From Candidatus Aenigmatarchaeota archaeon (lineage in GTDB: Archaea > Aenigmatarchaeota > Aenigmatarchaeia > CG10238-14 > SpSt-28), in NCBI GenBank assembly GCA_038997305.1, contig JAWAZZ010000003.1, positions 1-62,972 on the forward strand: DNA of 62,972 nt, given 5' to 3'. The position numbers were made by a program, and so were the translations under genes. Positions within the stretch are counted from its first letter, which is position 1. Every line of letters begins with the position of its first letter. Positions 35,094 through 44,344 of this stretch are shown in pieces. The notes under the pieces were generated by a model. The model did not search any database. It was given only the letters and a program-made list of their open reading frames with translations, and had not been told where the DNA came from.

Positions 35094-37233
35094 AGAATTA
35101 TTAATAGAAGTTGCAACAAAACTGGCTGAAATAGAGAAAAAAGTTAAAAGTAGTAATACTGAAGAAATTAAAAAGATTGAAGAAAATTTGCAAAATCAAA
35201 TAAATGAATTAGCAAAAACTCTTAATGAAATTGCTAACGAAGTAAAGAAGAAAAGGAGAGAAAAAGATCAAACACTTGAAATATTTAAAGCGGCTTTTGA
35301 AGAGAAATTAAAACTTTTTGAAGAAAAATTGAAAACTCTAGATAGAATAGATGCGATAGAAGCGGAGTTAAGAAAAATTAGAGAAGAAAAGGAGAAAAAA
35401 GATGATTTTTTTGGTGATTTAATTGGTGCATATGAAAAAGAAAAACAAATAAAATTGAGTGACAAAGTTGATGAAATAGATAAAAGATTGCAAACAATAG
35501 AAGAAACTTTAAAATTAATAAAAGAAGAAATACCAAAGTTAAAAGAGTTAGAAAATGTTAAAAAATCTTTAATAGAGTATGAGAGAAGAATTTCCTATTT
35601 AGAAAATTTTTTGAAGCCGGATAAAATTTTAAAGTTCGAACAAATAGAGAACTTTTTTAATAAAGAGTTGCCAAAAAGATTGGATAAAGAATTTCAAATA
35701 AGAGCTGAAATACTTTCTAAACAAATAAAAAATCTAGAAAGCGAGATAAATAAACTAAAAAGTAGCTTTTTGAGCAAGAGCGGTGAAATAGGATTTTTTG
35801 CAAAAGAAATAAAAAAGATTCCAGATTTAGAAAAAAATTTAGAAAATAGTAAAAAATACATAGAGAGTTTGGAAAGAAAATTAAATGAATTATTAATTGA
35901 AATTAACGAAATAAAAAATGAAAATAAAATCTCTAAAACAAAGATTGATGAAATAAGAAAAGAATTAGAAAATAATCTATCTTCGATAAAAGAGCTAGAT
36001 TCGACATTAAATCATCTGAGAAATTTTTCTAGCGAAATAAGAAAAATTGAAGAGAATATTTCTTCCTTAGAAGAAAAAATAAGAAAGAATGAAATAAATG
36101 TCTTTCAGATTAGCAAAACTGTTGAAGATATAAAAAATTATTATAAAAATAGTTTTCAAGGATTGTTCAATAGTTTCTCTCTTTTAAATCAAAGAGTTGC
36201 GAAATTAGAATCTTTAGACTTAACAAAAATAGAAAAAAATATTGAAAGTCTACAATATCTTAAAAATTCGATTAAACTTCTTGAGGAAAAATCAAAAGTA
36301 TATGAAAACTATTTTGGAGACCTTAATCATAAGCTTATCGAAATAAGTCTAATTAATGAAAAAATTAAAAAATTGAATGAAAAAGTAATCGACTTTGAAA
36401 AAAGTTTAGAGAATTTTACAGAAAATCTAGAAAAAATAAAAAGATTTTACAATAAAAACGAGACAGAATTCACTAATTTATATGAGGAATTAAGAAGATT
36501 AGAAAACAGAATTATTAACTTAAAAAATGAATTAGAAAGAATTGAAGAGATAAAAAGAAGAATTGTTACTTTAGAAGAGAGGTTTAACAATATAAAAGAT
36601 TTTGTAGATAATTTGGAAAAGGTATTTAAAGAAACTAGAAATTTGTTAAGAATTGTTGAAGAAATTAAAGAACATTATAATTCTCAAAAAGCTGAAACAG
36701 AAAAACTGAAAGAAATTACTCTAAATCTTGATATAGAATTGAAAAGATTGAAAGAAAAGAATTTTGAAGACAAAATCAATAGAATCCTAGAATATCTACT
36801 AAATATGGATAAGAGCCTAGAAAAAGTTATCAAAACAATTAATTCTATTAGAAACGTTTATTCGTTTGATAATAAGGATTTGATAGAAAGTACAAATAAC
36901 TTTTCTACTTTAGAAAAAATTTTACACGAAATTAACAAACAAAAACAAGAAATAGAGAAATTAAAATATGTAATTGAAGATGTTCTAAAAATCAAAGAAA
37001 AAATTTCGAACTTAGAAAATTTAAGACAAGGCATGCAAATTTCTATAAATAGATTAGAAGAATTTTTAGAAAATTCTGAAAAAATTTTGAAAATTGTTGA
37101 AAAGTTAAAAAGTGAACATAAAGAGGAAATGGAAAAAGTTAATAAGTTAGAAGAGGAAATAACTTTACTCGAAAATGAAATAAAAAATTTAAAAGAAAAA
37201 TATTTTGAGATATTAACACTCTTGAAAGAATGA
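35071..37233 (+). CDS. Long coiled-coil protein (720 aa), no TM, no NTPase motifs
   Basis: K/E/I/L/N heptad-rich composition runs end to end. The stop overlaps the next ATG (ATGA at 37230-37233). Confidence 0.8.
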   Translation: MPEKGAFEELLIEVATKLAEIEKKVKSSNTEEIKKIEENLQNQINELAKTLNEIANEVKKKRREKDQTLEIFKAAFEEKLKLFEEKLKTLDRIDAIEAELRKIREEKEKKDDFFGDLIGAYEKEKQIKLSDKVDEIDKRLQTIEETLKLIKEEIPKLKELENVKKSLIEYERRISYLENFLKPDKILKFEQIENFFNKELPKRLDKEFQIRAEILSKQIKNLESEINKLKSSFLSKSGEIGFFAKEIKKIPDLEKNLENSKKYIESLERKLNELLIEINEIKNENKISKTKIDEIRKELENNLSSIKELDSTLNHLRNFSSEIRKIEENISSLEEKIRKNEINVFQISKTVEDIKNYYKNSFQGLFNSFSLLNQRVAKLESLDLTKIEKNIESLQYLKNSIKLLEEKSKVYENYFGDLNHKLIEISLINEKIKKLNEKVIDFEKSLENFTENLEKIKRFYNKNETEFTNLYEELRRLENRIINLKNELERIEEIKRRIVTLEERFNNIKDFVDNLEKVFKETRNLLRIVEEIKEHYNSQKAETEKLKEITLNLDIELKRLKEKNFEDKINRILEYLLNMDKSLEKVIKTINSIRNVYSFDNKDLIESTNNFSTLEKILHEINKQKQEIEKLKYVIEDVLKIKEKISNLENLRQGMQISINRLEEFLENSEKILKIVEKLKSEHKEEMEKVNKLEEEITLLENEIKNLKEKYFEILTLLKE

Positions 37234-38150
37234 GCGAAGTTTTAAAACTTCTAAAAGAGAGAAAAGAAAAAATAAAAAAGCTTTTGAAAGAAGTTGAAGA
37301 TCTAAAGAAGAAAGTCGAAAATATTAAAAGATTAGAGAGAGATGATTATAAATATAAAAAACTTGTTGAAAACCTAAAAAATCAAATCGAAGATTATCTA
37401 TCAGAATTGAAAAGTAAAATTCTAAAAGAAGTATTAAATGAAGTTGATAGAAAAATGAACGAAACTCAGAAACTTCAAAAACAACTCTTTCTAGAAATTT
37501 CTCGTCTAAATTATGAATTAGAAAAATTGAAATATCAAAATTCTGAAGAAATAAAAGAGTTTGAAAACGAAGTAGAGAAAAAAATAAAAAAAATAGAGGA
37601 AAATAATACAAAAGTTAACACAGAATTAGAAAATATAGAGAAGACTATTTATTCTAATTTGAAAACTGTAGAAGAAAATTTGAAAAAATTAGAAGAAGTC
37701 TACAATCAAATAAGATTCGAAACAGAAAAGAGAATTTTGAAATCTATAGAAGAAAAAATTAATAGTTGGATGAAAGAGTTAGAAAAAAAGTCTGAAGAAT
37801 TATTAACAGATAACAGAAAAAAATTATCCAACATTTTAGAACAAGAAGTTCATATATTAAAGAAAAGAGTTAATGATACTATAGAAAAAGAATTAAAAAA
37901 TGTTTATAGAGAATTCGAAAAAGAATTATCAGAAGTTAAACAATTAAAGAGTATATTAAATTCTATTGTTGCTGAAAACGAAAAAATTAAATTAAGAATA
38001 TCAGAGAATGAAGATTATATTAAAAAATTAGAAAATCAAATCAAAAGATTAGAGGAAAGAATGATAGAAGTTAAAAGAGATGTTGAAAGGTTTGTAAACA
38101 AATCTATTGAAGAAGTTGAAGATTTTGTAAAAAGAGTTGTTAAGAGATAA
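37230..38150 (+). CDS. Coiled-coil protein (306 aa)
   Basis: Same composition as its neighbour and translationally coupled to the upstream gene by an ATGA overlap. Confidence 0.8.
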   Translation: MSEVLKLLKERKEKIKKLLKEVEDLKKKVENIKRLERDDYKYKKLVENLKNQIEDYLSELKSKILKEVLNEVDRKMNETQKLQKQLFLEISRLNYELEKLKYQNSEEIKEFENEVEKKIKKIEENNTKVNTELENIEKTIYSNLKTVEENLKKLEEVYNQIRFETEKRILKSIEEKINSWMKELEKKSEELLTDNRKKLSNILEQEVHILKKRVNDTIEKELKNVYREFEKELSEVKQLKSILNSIVAENEKIKLRISENEDYIKKLENQIKRLEERMIEVKRDVERFVNKSIEEVEDFVKRVVKR

Positions 38151-38280
38151 AATGAAGGTATTTAAAAATATAAAAGCAAAAATTAACAAAAACACTTTAT
38201 GTAATATTACCTTGGTACAATTTTTGAAGGTAAGTTGCACTTTTTTTGCACGCAATCAAAATCATACGGTTCTTCTCGAT

Positions 38281-38292
38281 GGGAAGGGGGGG
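38281..38292 (+). promoter_or_regulatory. Strong Shine-Dalgarno-like G-run (GGGAAGGGGGGG) 5 nt upstream of ATG 38298
   Basis: This is the only purine/G-rich ribosome-binding-like element I saw in front of any gene in the window. It lies inside a 147-nt intergenic gap. Confidence 0.5.
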
Positions 38293-38297
38293 TAAAC

Positions 38298-38906
38298 ATG
38301 AAAGAGCTATTAAACTCCCAAATATTTTGGTTTATATGGTTGAATTGTGCTGGAAAAGAGGTATCACTGTTTGAAATACAAAAAAGATGGAAAATAACCT
38401 CTAACTTTCTGTATCATAAACATAAGAAGCTTAAAAAAAGCTATGTAGAATTAATGCTAGAAGGAAATTTTATAGAAAAAATCGAAAATAAAATAAAAGC
38501 CAAATTCGAATGGGTTGAAGGTTATATTAAAGAATATTACAAGGGTACAATATTAGAAAGTTATAGCAATACTATTGCTAAATTTTGTATTAAATATAAT
38601 GAAGTGCTTTTTAATTTTGACAATCTGAAAATTCTTTTTGGCAATGAAGATAATTGGAAAACTTATGGGAAAGAAATTTTTAGATATGTGTTCTTTGCTC
38701 TACTATATAAAGATATTGTAAGGTTTTTAAAAGAGCATAGAGCAGAAAAATTGAAAATGCTTATCGATATTGTAGTTAATTCTACATCCAATGTAAACTT
38801 ATTAGAATATAGTGAAAGAGTTTCAGAAAAAATAATAGAATATGCTAACATAATATCTACAAAAACCGATATAGAAAAAATGTATCAACTGTTAAAAAGT
38901 AAATAA
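38298..38906 (+). CDS. Hypothetical cytoplasmic protein (202 aa), possibly DNA-binding (weak)
   Basis: I prefer the ATG at 38298 behind the G-run to the TTG at 38235. The protein starts MKELLNSQIFWFIWLNCAGKEVSLFEIQKRWKITSNFLYHK. It has no TM and I recognised no family. Confidence 0.6.
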   Translation: MKELLNSQIFWFIWLNCAGKEVSLFEIQKRWKITSNFLYHKHKKLKKSYVELMLEGNFIEKIENKIKAKFEWVEGYIKEYYKGTILESYSNTIAKFCIKYNEVLFNFDNLKILFGNEDNWKTYGKEIFRYVFFALLYKDIVRFLKEHRAEKLKMLIDIVVNSTSNVNLLEYSERVSEKIIEYANIISTKTDIEKMYQLLKSK

Positions 38907-38908
38907 TT

Positions 38909-41647
38909 ATGGCAGAAAATTATTTAGAACAAATAGATACATTAAAAACTAAGGTCGAAATTTTGACAAAATTAATAACTAGATTAAGAGATGATATAAA
39001 GGAGGATGTTTCTAAAATTAAAGAAGAAATTAAAAATGATGTTATAAATATTGCTTCTGATAAATTAAAAGAGATTGATAAAGAGATTGAAGAAATGCTA
39101 AAAAAATTCGACTCTATTTATAAAGCAGATATAGAAAATCTAAAAAATAAATTACAAGAGTTAGAATTCTATTCAAAAACATCTCTTAACTTAAAAGTTG
39201 ATAAATATGTCGAAGAGATAGAAAAAATAAAAAATTCTATTGATGAAATTAAAAAAGAATATTTGAATATCTCGAAAACTCTTAATAAAGTTTTAGAAGA
39301 AAAAGAAATTATTAAAAGTAATTTTGAAAACCTAAATTTGTTGAAAGCAAAAACAGAAAATCTCTTACAAAGAGTTAATTCTTTTGAAAAATTTTTATCA
39401 GAAGTTTCACTACTAATTTCCGATATTAGAAGTTTAGAAAATGAGATAAAAATTTTAAAAAATGTTCAAAAAATAGAAAGCTCTAAATACAATGAAAACA
39501 TAGTAAAGATTTCGAACGAAATAGAAAAAATAAGAAAAGATTTTGAAGAAATAAGAAAAGTAATAAATTCTTTAGACTTTATTCAAAAAAATTTGGAAAG
39601 TATTACAGAAAAAAATTCTATAGAAATTGAAAAAGTAAAATCAGAAAGTTTTGAAAGGATTGAAAATTTGAAATCTTTAGTTAATACCTCTTTAGATGAA
39701 ATAAACAAGCGTTTGAAAAATGAAGAAGATGAAATAAAAAAATTAAAGGAATTACAAGATAAGTTAGATCAAAAGCTAAAGGAAGTTCTTATAATAACTT
39801 TGAAAGAAAATGAAAGTCTCAATAAAAATTTGGAAGAAAAATTAGGATCATTAAAGCAAAGTGTTAATAATGTCTATCAACTATTTAACGAATTAAAAGA
39901 TAAGATTTTCGAGTTAAACCAATTCAAGGACGAACAGTTAATTTTGTTTTCTAATTATTCGCAAAAAACTCAAAATTTAGAAGAAAAATACAAAAATTTA
40001 ATCGAAGAAATAACAAACATAAGAACATTACTTGAAGATATTAAAGATGATTTAAAACACTTTAAGGATGAGATTAATAACTCAATTTCTCAACAAGTGA
40101 ATTCTTTTACGGAAAAACAAAAAGAAGCTATTGAAAACTTATTCAAAAAAATTTCATATTTAGAAGAAAGTTTGAAAACTCTAAAAGATTTTCTCTTACA
40201 AGAAATTCAACATAACGTTACTAATATTAATAAAAACTTTGAAAACTTATTGGAGAATTATAAAAGCGAAACAAATAAAAGAATTTATGAGATTGAACAA
40301 AAAATATCTCAATTAAAAACAAGCTCGATAGAAGAATTAGGAAAGGCATTAGAAAACACAAACTCAAACCTTAACAAAATATCTCAAATTACAGAGGAAT
40401 TAAGAAATGAAATATTTAAGCTAAACCAATTCAAAGATGAAAGTTTAATATATTTTTCTAATTATGCACAAAAATTCCAAGAAATAGATTCTTTATCTCA
40501 AAATCTGAAAAATGAGATAACAAATCTTAGATCTTCTTTAGAAAAAATAGAGAATAATTTAAAAGAGTTTGATGAAAGATTTGAGAAAAAAAGAGAAGAA
40601 CAACAAAAACTTCAAAACTTAATAAATTATCTAGAAAGAGATATCGAAAATTTGAAAGTATTATTATCTAAAGAAATTGAAGATAAAATTCAAAACGTCA
40701 AAACAGAAATTAATGAAAAAATTGAAAATTTACAAGAAGGTTTTAAAAAAGAAGTTGAAACATTAAAAGAAAATGTTATAAATAAGCAAGAATTCCAAAA
40801 CATCAAATTGAAAATCGAAGATGAAGTTTCACAACTTATTTCTGAAAAAACTTCAAACACAGAAAACAAAATCAATAACTTAAATGAAATTCTTAAAAAT
40901 TTGAATTCAAGAATAAATGTCTTAACTAACGATATTGAAAAAGTAAAAGAATCTATAAATCAATTCAAAATAAACATAGAAGAAATTTCTAACAAAATTA
41001 AGGAAAATGAAAATATCACAAAAGATGAAATAAAGAAGAATATAGAGAAATTAATAAATGATGTAAAAAATGATGTCTTGGCAATAAAAAATGAAACTCA
41101 AAGTTTTGCAATAGAAAATATTTCCAAAATAGAAAATAAAATATCGAACTTAGAAGAAAGATTAAAAGATTTGGCTAACAGTTTTGTTGACAAAAGAGAA
41201 CTTGAAAACCTCAAAGTTCAAATAAATGAAAAGTTATTAGATGTGCCAGTTTTATTTGAAAGATTTTCGAAGATAGAAAAATTGTTCGACGAGTTTAATT
41301 CCAGCATAAAGAATATTTCTTCAAAGCTAAACTATCTAAACGAAGAAATCGAAAAAATTAAATCGAGAGAAATTTTAATTAGAGAAAATAAAATTAAGAA
41401 AGAAGATTATGAGATAATAAGTTTGAAAGAGGAAATAAACAAAATTAAGACAAAACTAGAAGAAAAATTAGAAAACGCTTTATCGAAGTTAAAAGAAGAA
41501 ATAAATTCACTATCAAAGAGAATAGAGGAAATAGAATCAAAATACAAGGAAGAAAAATTGACCACAAAAGAAAATATTGAATTAAATGAATTGGAAAAAA
41601 TCATAAAAGAATTGGAAAATAAGGGAAGATTTATAGAAATAGAATAA
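38909..41647 (+). CDS. Very long coiled-coil protein (912 aa) with an internal ~170-aa duplication
   Basis: The ATG lies 2 nt after the previous stop and the protein is heptad-rich throughout. IFELNQFKDEQLILFSNYSQKTQNLEE (~39909) pairs with IFKLNQFKDESLIYFSNYAQKFQEIDS (~40414). Confidence 0.8.
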   Translation: MAENYLEQIDTLKTKVEILTKLITRLRDDIKEDVSKIKEEIKNDVINIASDKLKEIDKEIEEMLKKFDSIYKADIENLKNKLQELEFYSKTSLNLKVDKYVEEIEKIKNSIDEIKKEYLNISKTLNKVLEEKEIIKSNFENLNLLKAKTENLLQRVNSFEKFLSEVSLLISDIRSLENEIKILKNVQKIESSKYNENIVKISNEIEKIRKDFEEIRKVINSLDFIQKNLESITEKNSIEIEKVKSESFERIENLKSLVNTSLDEINKRLKNEEDEIKKLKELQDKLDQKLKEVLIITLKENESLNKNLEEKLGSLKQSVNNVYQLFNELKDKIFELNQFKDEQLILFSNYSQKTQNLEEKYKNLIEEITNIRTLLEDIKDDLKHFKDEINNSISQQVNSFTEKQKEAIENLFKKISYLEESLKTLKDFLLQEIQHNVTNINKNFENLLENYKSETNKRIYEIEQKISQLKTSSIEELGKALENTNSNLNKISQITEELRNEIFKLNQFKDESLIYFSNYAQKFQEIDSLSQNLKNEITNLRSSLEKIENNLKEFDERFEKKREEQQKLQNLINYLERDIENLKVLLSKEIEDKIQNVKTEINEKIENLQEGFKKEVETLKENVINKQEFQNIKLKIEDEVSQLISEKTSNTENKINNLNEILKNLNSRINVLTNDIEKVKESINQFKINIEEISNKIKENENITKDEIKKNIEKLINDVKNDVLAIKNETQSFAIENISKIENKISNLEERLKDLANSFVDKRELENLKVQINEKLLDVPVLFERFSKIEKLFDEFNSSIKNISSKLNYLNEEIEKIKSREILIRENKIKKEDYEIISLKEEINKIKTKLEEKLENALSKLKEEINSLSKRIEEIESKYKEEKLTTKENIELNELEKIIKELENKGRFIEIE

Positions 41648-41650
41648 AAT

Positions 41651-42037
41651 TTAAGTTGCTAAGAAATAATATTTCTTCTTCCCTTCTCTTACACTCTTTA
41701 CCTCTCCGCTTTCTTCCATTTCAACCAAATATTCGGAACATCTTGTTCTAGATAGATTCAAAAGATTTGCTAAATCCTGAGCAGTAAGTTTTCCATGTTT
41801 TTTTAGCAATATTTTTATTAACTCTTTTGTTTTTTTGGTTAATGGTGTTCCAACATCTTCTATCTTCATGTTTCTTTTGATTATTGAAATTTCAGCATTT
41901 ATTTCTTTTATTTTTTCTTCTAATTCTAACATTTTATCGTAAAGTTTTGTGAAAAAGTTATAAAGATTGTCGAGCTTTTGATTTATAATAGCAACTGCCA
42001 ATTCTTCGTTATCTTTTTTCTTCTTTAAAAATACCAT
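41651..42037 (-). CDS. Winged-helix (MarR/TrmB-like) transcription regulator with an N-terminal coiled coil
   Basis: The C-terminal half reads KELIKILLKKHGKLTAQDLANLLNLSRTRCSEYLVEMEESGEVKSVREGKKKYYFL, which has HTH plus wing features. The N-terminal ~60 aa are heptad-like. Confidence 0.65.
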   Translation of the reverse strand: MVFLKKKKDNEELAVAIINQKLDNLYNFFTKLYDKMLELEEKIKEINAEISIIKRNMKIEDVGTPLTKKTKELIKILLKKHGKLTAQDLANLLNLSRTRCSEYLVEMEESGEVKSVREGKKKYYFLAT

Positions 42038-42047
42038 AAAAATATTA

Positions 42048-42230
42048 TTATCCTATCTTTTTAAGCATTGGCACTCCGTTCTTAGCTTCTATAACCATAT
42101 AGCCAGGCGGTATTGCTTCTAAAGCATCTACAGGATCTTTACTAAAATAAAAAATTAGATTTCCCCCTCTACCTATTTTCATATGTAAATACCATATTTC
42201 ACCTTTCTTATTTTTATATTGAAAGGGCAT
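42048..42230 (-). CDS. Small conserved-looking protein (60 aa), function unknown
   Basis: The ORF sits 2 nt downstream of the 703-aa gene on the same strand. The sequence is MPFQYKNKKGEIWYLHMKIGRGGNLIFYFSKDPVDALEAIPPGYMVIEAKNGVPMLKKIG, which is non-low-complexity. Confidence 0.5.
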   Translation of the reverse strand: MPFQYKNKKGEIWYLHMKIGRGGNLIFYFSKDPVDALEAIPPGYMVIEAKNGVPMLKKIG

Positions 42231-42232
42231 AA

Positions 42233-44344
42233 TTATCTAAATTTTCTTTTTAAAAATGTTTTTCCATATAAACTTTCTCTTTTAGATTTTTTCGAATATA
42301 AAATAGAAAATAAAATAATCATAACAGAAATAATAACTGACCAAATTAGTTCATTACTTAAATTTAAGTTGATTTGAGGCAAAGCTAAAAATTGACCAGT
42401 TGGAATTGATGTTTGAGTTACATTTTGTTGCTCCTGAATTATATCATAGTATACTGGAATTTCAAATTCAAATGTTTTTCTATCTGTTTCTATTCTAAAC
42501 TTTAAAATTTCTGGATTAGAATTTCTAAGGAATCCCAATAGTTTTATTGTTTTTTCTTCATTAACAGAAATTTCATTGAAATAGTTTGGATCTACAATGG
42601 TTTTATCAGACGTTATTTTTATATTTTTAAGATTTACTTGGCCAACATTCTTTATAGTAAGAAAAGCATAACTTTGATTAGCAGAGACTCTGAGCGAATT
42701 AGGAATAATTATTAAATCGGCTTTAGGTATTACAGAAATTTGAATACTTTCGTTAAAGTTGTCGAAAAATTCGTTATTTGAATATATTTCTATCTTATAA
42801 TTTCCTTCGATATTTGGCGAGGAAATCACAAATTCATAAACAGAGTTTTTTGTCTTTGTTTTGTAACTTCTATCCAAAAACTTTAATACAATTTCGGATT
42901 CTTGATTCTTTGATTCTTCATCAAAGACTATGCCTCTTATTATTATATTTTCATTAAAATAGAATTCATTCTTATTTAAAGAATATTGAGTTTTTAATTG
43001 TTTTTTCTCTAAAATTCCAAAAAATGAGTTTGAAGGAATTTCAAAAGTTAAATAATTTGATACCATATTTCGCTCAGAATCTAATTTTTTATATTCTTTG
43101 CAAACTTTATCATTAAGAGAAAAATCTGTGCATTGTATAGCAATTATTCTTTGCTCATTGACTACACTTCTTTCGTTGTAATAAATTTTAGCAAGTGCTT
43201 TTTCAAACTCTAAATTTGTTTGAAAAGCATAGAAGCTTAAGATTTTAAGATTCTTCTCGTTAATGCTTATTGGATATATTCTTATAGAGTCTTCAAAATT
43301 TTCTAATTTGACATTTATCAAATTTATTTCTAAGTTTTGAATTCTAAGAGTTATGTTTTTTATTCCTGGTAAAAATAGAAAAGTTTGTTGACCTTTTAAC
43401 AAATATCTTTCATTATCGATTATCATTTCTATACTTAAGGGATTTGAATCTAGATCAAAAAAGTTTGTTGTTCCAATCTTTCCTATTTTGACATATGTAA
43501 AGTTTTTTATTTCATAGCCATTGTATTTTAAAACAAAAGTTATCCAACTTGAATCCTCTCCTAATTGTAAATCTATACATATTTTATCACCACATTCATA
43601 AAAGTTTGAAAGTTGATTTGACCCATAAATCGCAAATAACGAAACGTTTGAAAGATAAAGTTTTTCATCTTTATAAAATGCTTCTAATTGAATGGTAACG
43701 TTAGAATTAGGAAAATAAACTTTCTTATCATCGAAATATATCAAAAGTTTTAGAGGATGTAAAATAGATAATCTGAATGTCTTTTCAAATTCTCTCTCAC
43801 TTAGCTCATGTCTTAAAGAAATTTTAGCAATATTGTCAAAAATTTTATTGGCGAAAAATGTTAAATAGTAATAATTATTATCGCTTTCTAACTTAAAGTC
43901 TTGAGTGAAAGAAAATGAAAGAGAGAAGTTTGATATGTCTAAAATTCTATCATTCATTCTAATTAAAAGTTTTATTTTTGTAAATTCATTCAGATAATTA
44001 TCTTGAATTTCTAGAACTTCAAAATCCAATTTATTAGTAAAAATTTCTTTTTCTATTATTGTATTGTTTTCCTCGCAATTTACGATTATATTAAACTTTT
44101 GAGTTTTATAGTCAGATAAAGAAAGTTTAATTTCAGTTGAAGGATTTGTTATAAACTGCTTTGTTCCGTCTGACCTTTCTATAGTTATTAATTTTGGTGT
44201 ACAATTGTTTATCTTAATTATTATATCGTCTCCGTAAAAAATGAATTTAGAATTATAAGTGTTATAGTAATCTATTTCTTGAGATAATGCTAAATAGTAG
44301 AACGAAAGAAAAAATATCAAAAATATTAAATAATTCCTAACCAT
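42233..44344 (-). CDS. Surface protein (703 aa): N-terminal signal peptide, beta-sandwich/CARDB-like modules, C-terminal TM anchor
   Basis: The N-terminus is MVRNYLIFLIFFLSFYYLALSQE. A CARDB-like segment reads SYAFLTIKNVGQVNLKNIKITSD. The C-terminal anchor is LIWSVIISVMIILFSILYSKKSKRE. The start overlaps the MinD-like gene by 19 nt. Confidence 0.8.
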   Translation of the reverse strand: MVRNYLIFLIFFLSFYYLALSQEIDYYNTYNSKFIFYGDDIIIKINNCTPKLITIERSDGTKQFITNPSTEIKLSLSDYKTQKFNIIVNCEENNTIIEKEIFTNKLDFEVLEIQDNYLNEFTKIKLLIRMNDRILDISNFSLSFSFTQDFKLESDNNYYYLTFFANKIFDNIAKISLRHELSEREFEKTFRLSILHPLKLLIYFDDKKVYFPNSNVTIQLEAFYKDEKLYLSNVSLFAIYGSNQLSNFYECGDKICIDLQLGEDSSWITFVLKYNGYEIKNFTYVKIGKIGTTNFFDLDSNPLSIEMIIDNERYLLKGQQTFLFLPGIKNITLRIQNLEINLINVKLENFEDSIRIYPISINEKNLKILSFYAFQTNLEFEKALAKIYYNERSVVNEQRIIAIQCTDFSLNDKVCKEYKKLDSERNMVSNYLTFEIPSNSFFGILEKKQLKTQYSLNKNEFYFNENIIIRGIVFDEESKNQESEIVLKFLDRSYKTKTKNSVYEFVISSPNIEGNYKIEIYSNNEFFDNFNESIQISVIPKADLIIIPNSLRVSANQSYAFLTIKNVGQVNLKNIKITSDKTIVDPNYFNEISVNEEKTIKLLGFLRNSNPEILKFRIETDRKTFEFEIPVYYDIIQEQQNVTQTSIPTGQFLALPQINLNLSNELIWSVIISVMIILFSILYSKKSKRESLYGKTFLKRKFR

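Noticed and set aside
38235-38297. TTG-initiated N-terminal extension (MHFFCTQSKSYGSSRWEGGVN) of the 38235-38906 ORF
   Set aside because: The extension would translate the G-run that looks like a ribosome-binding site. ATG 38298, 5 nt behind it, is the better start.
35071-41647. Reading the long coiled-coil proteins as SMC/Rad50-type chromosome proteins
   Set aside because: None has an N-terminal Walker A, a C-terminal Walker B/signature motif or a hinge. They are coiled coil from end to end, so an SMC/Rad50 annotation is not supported.
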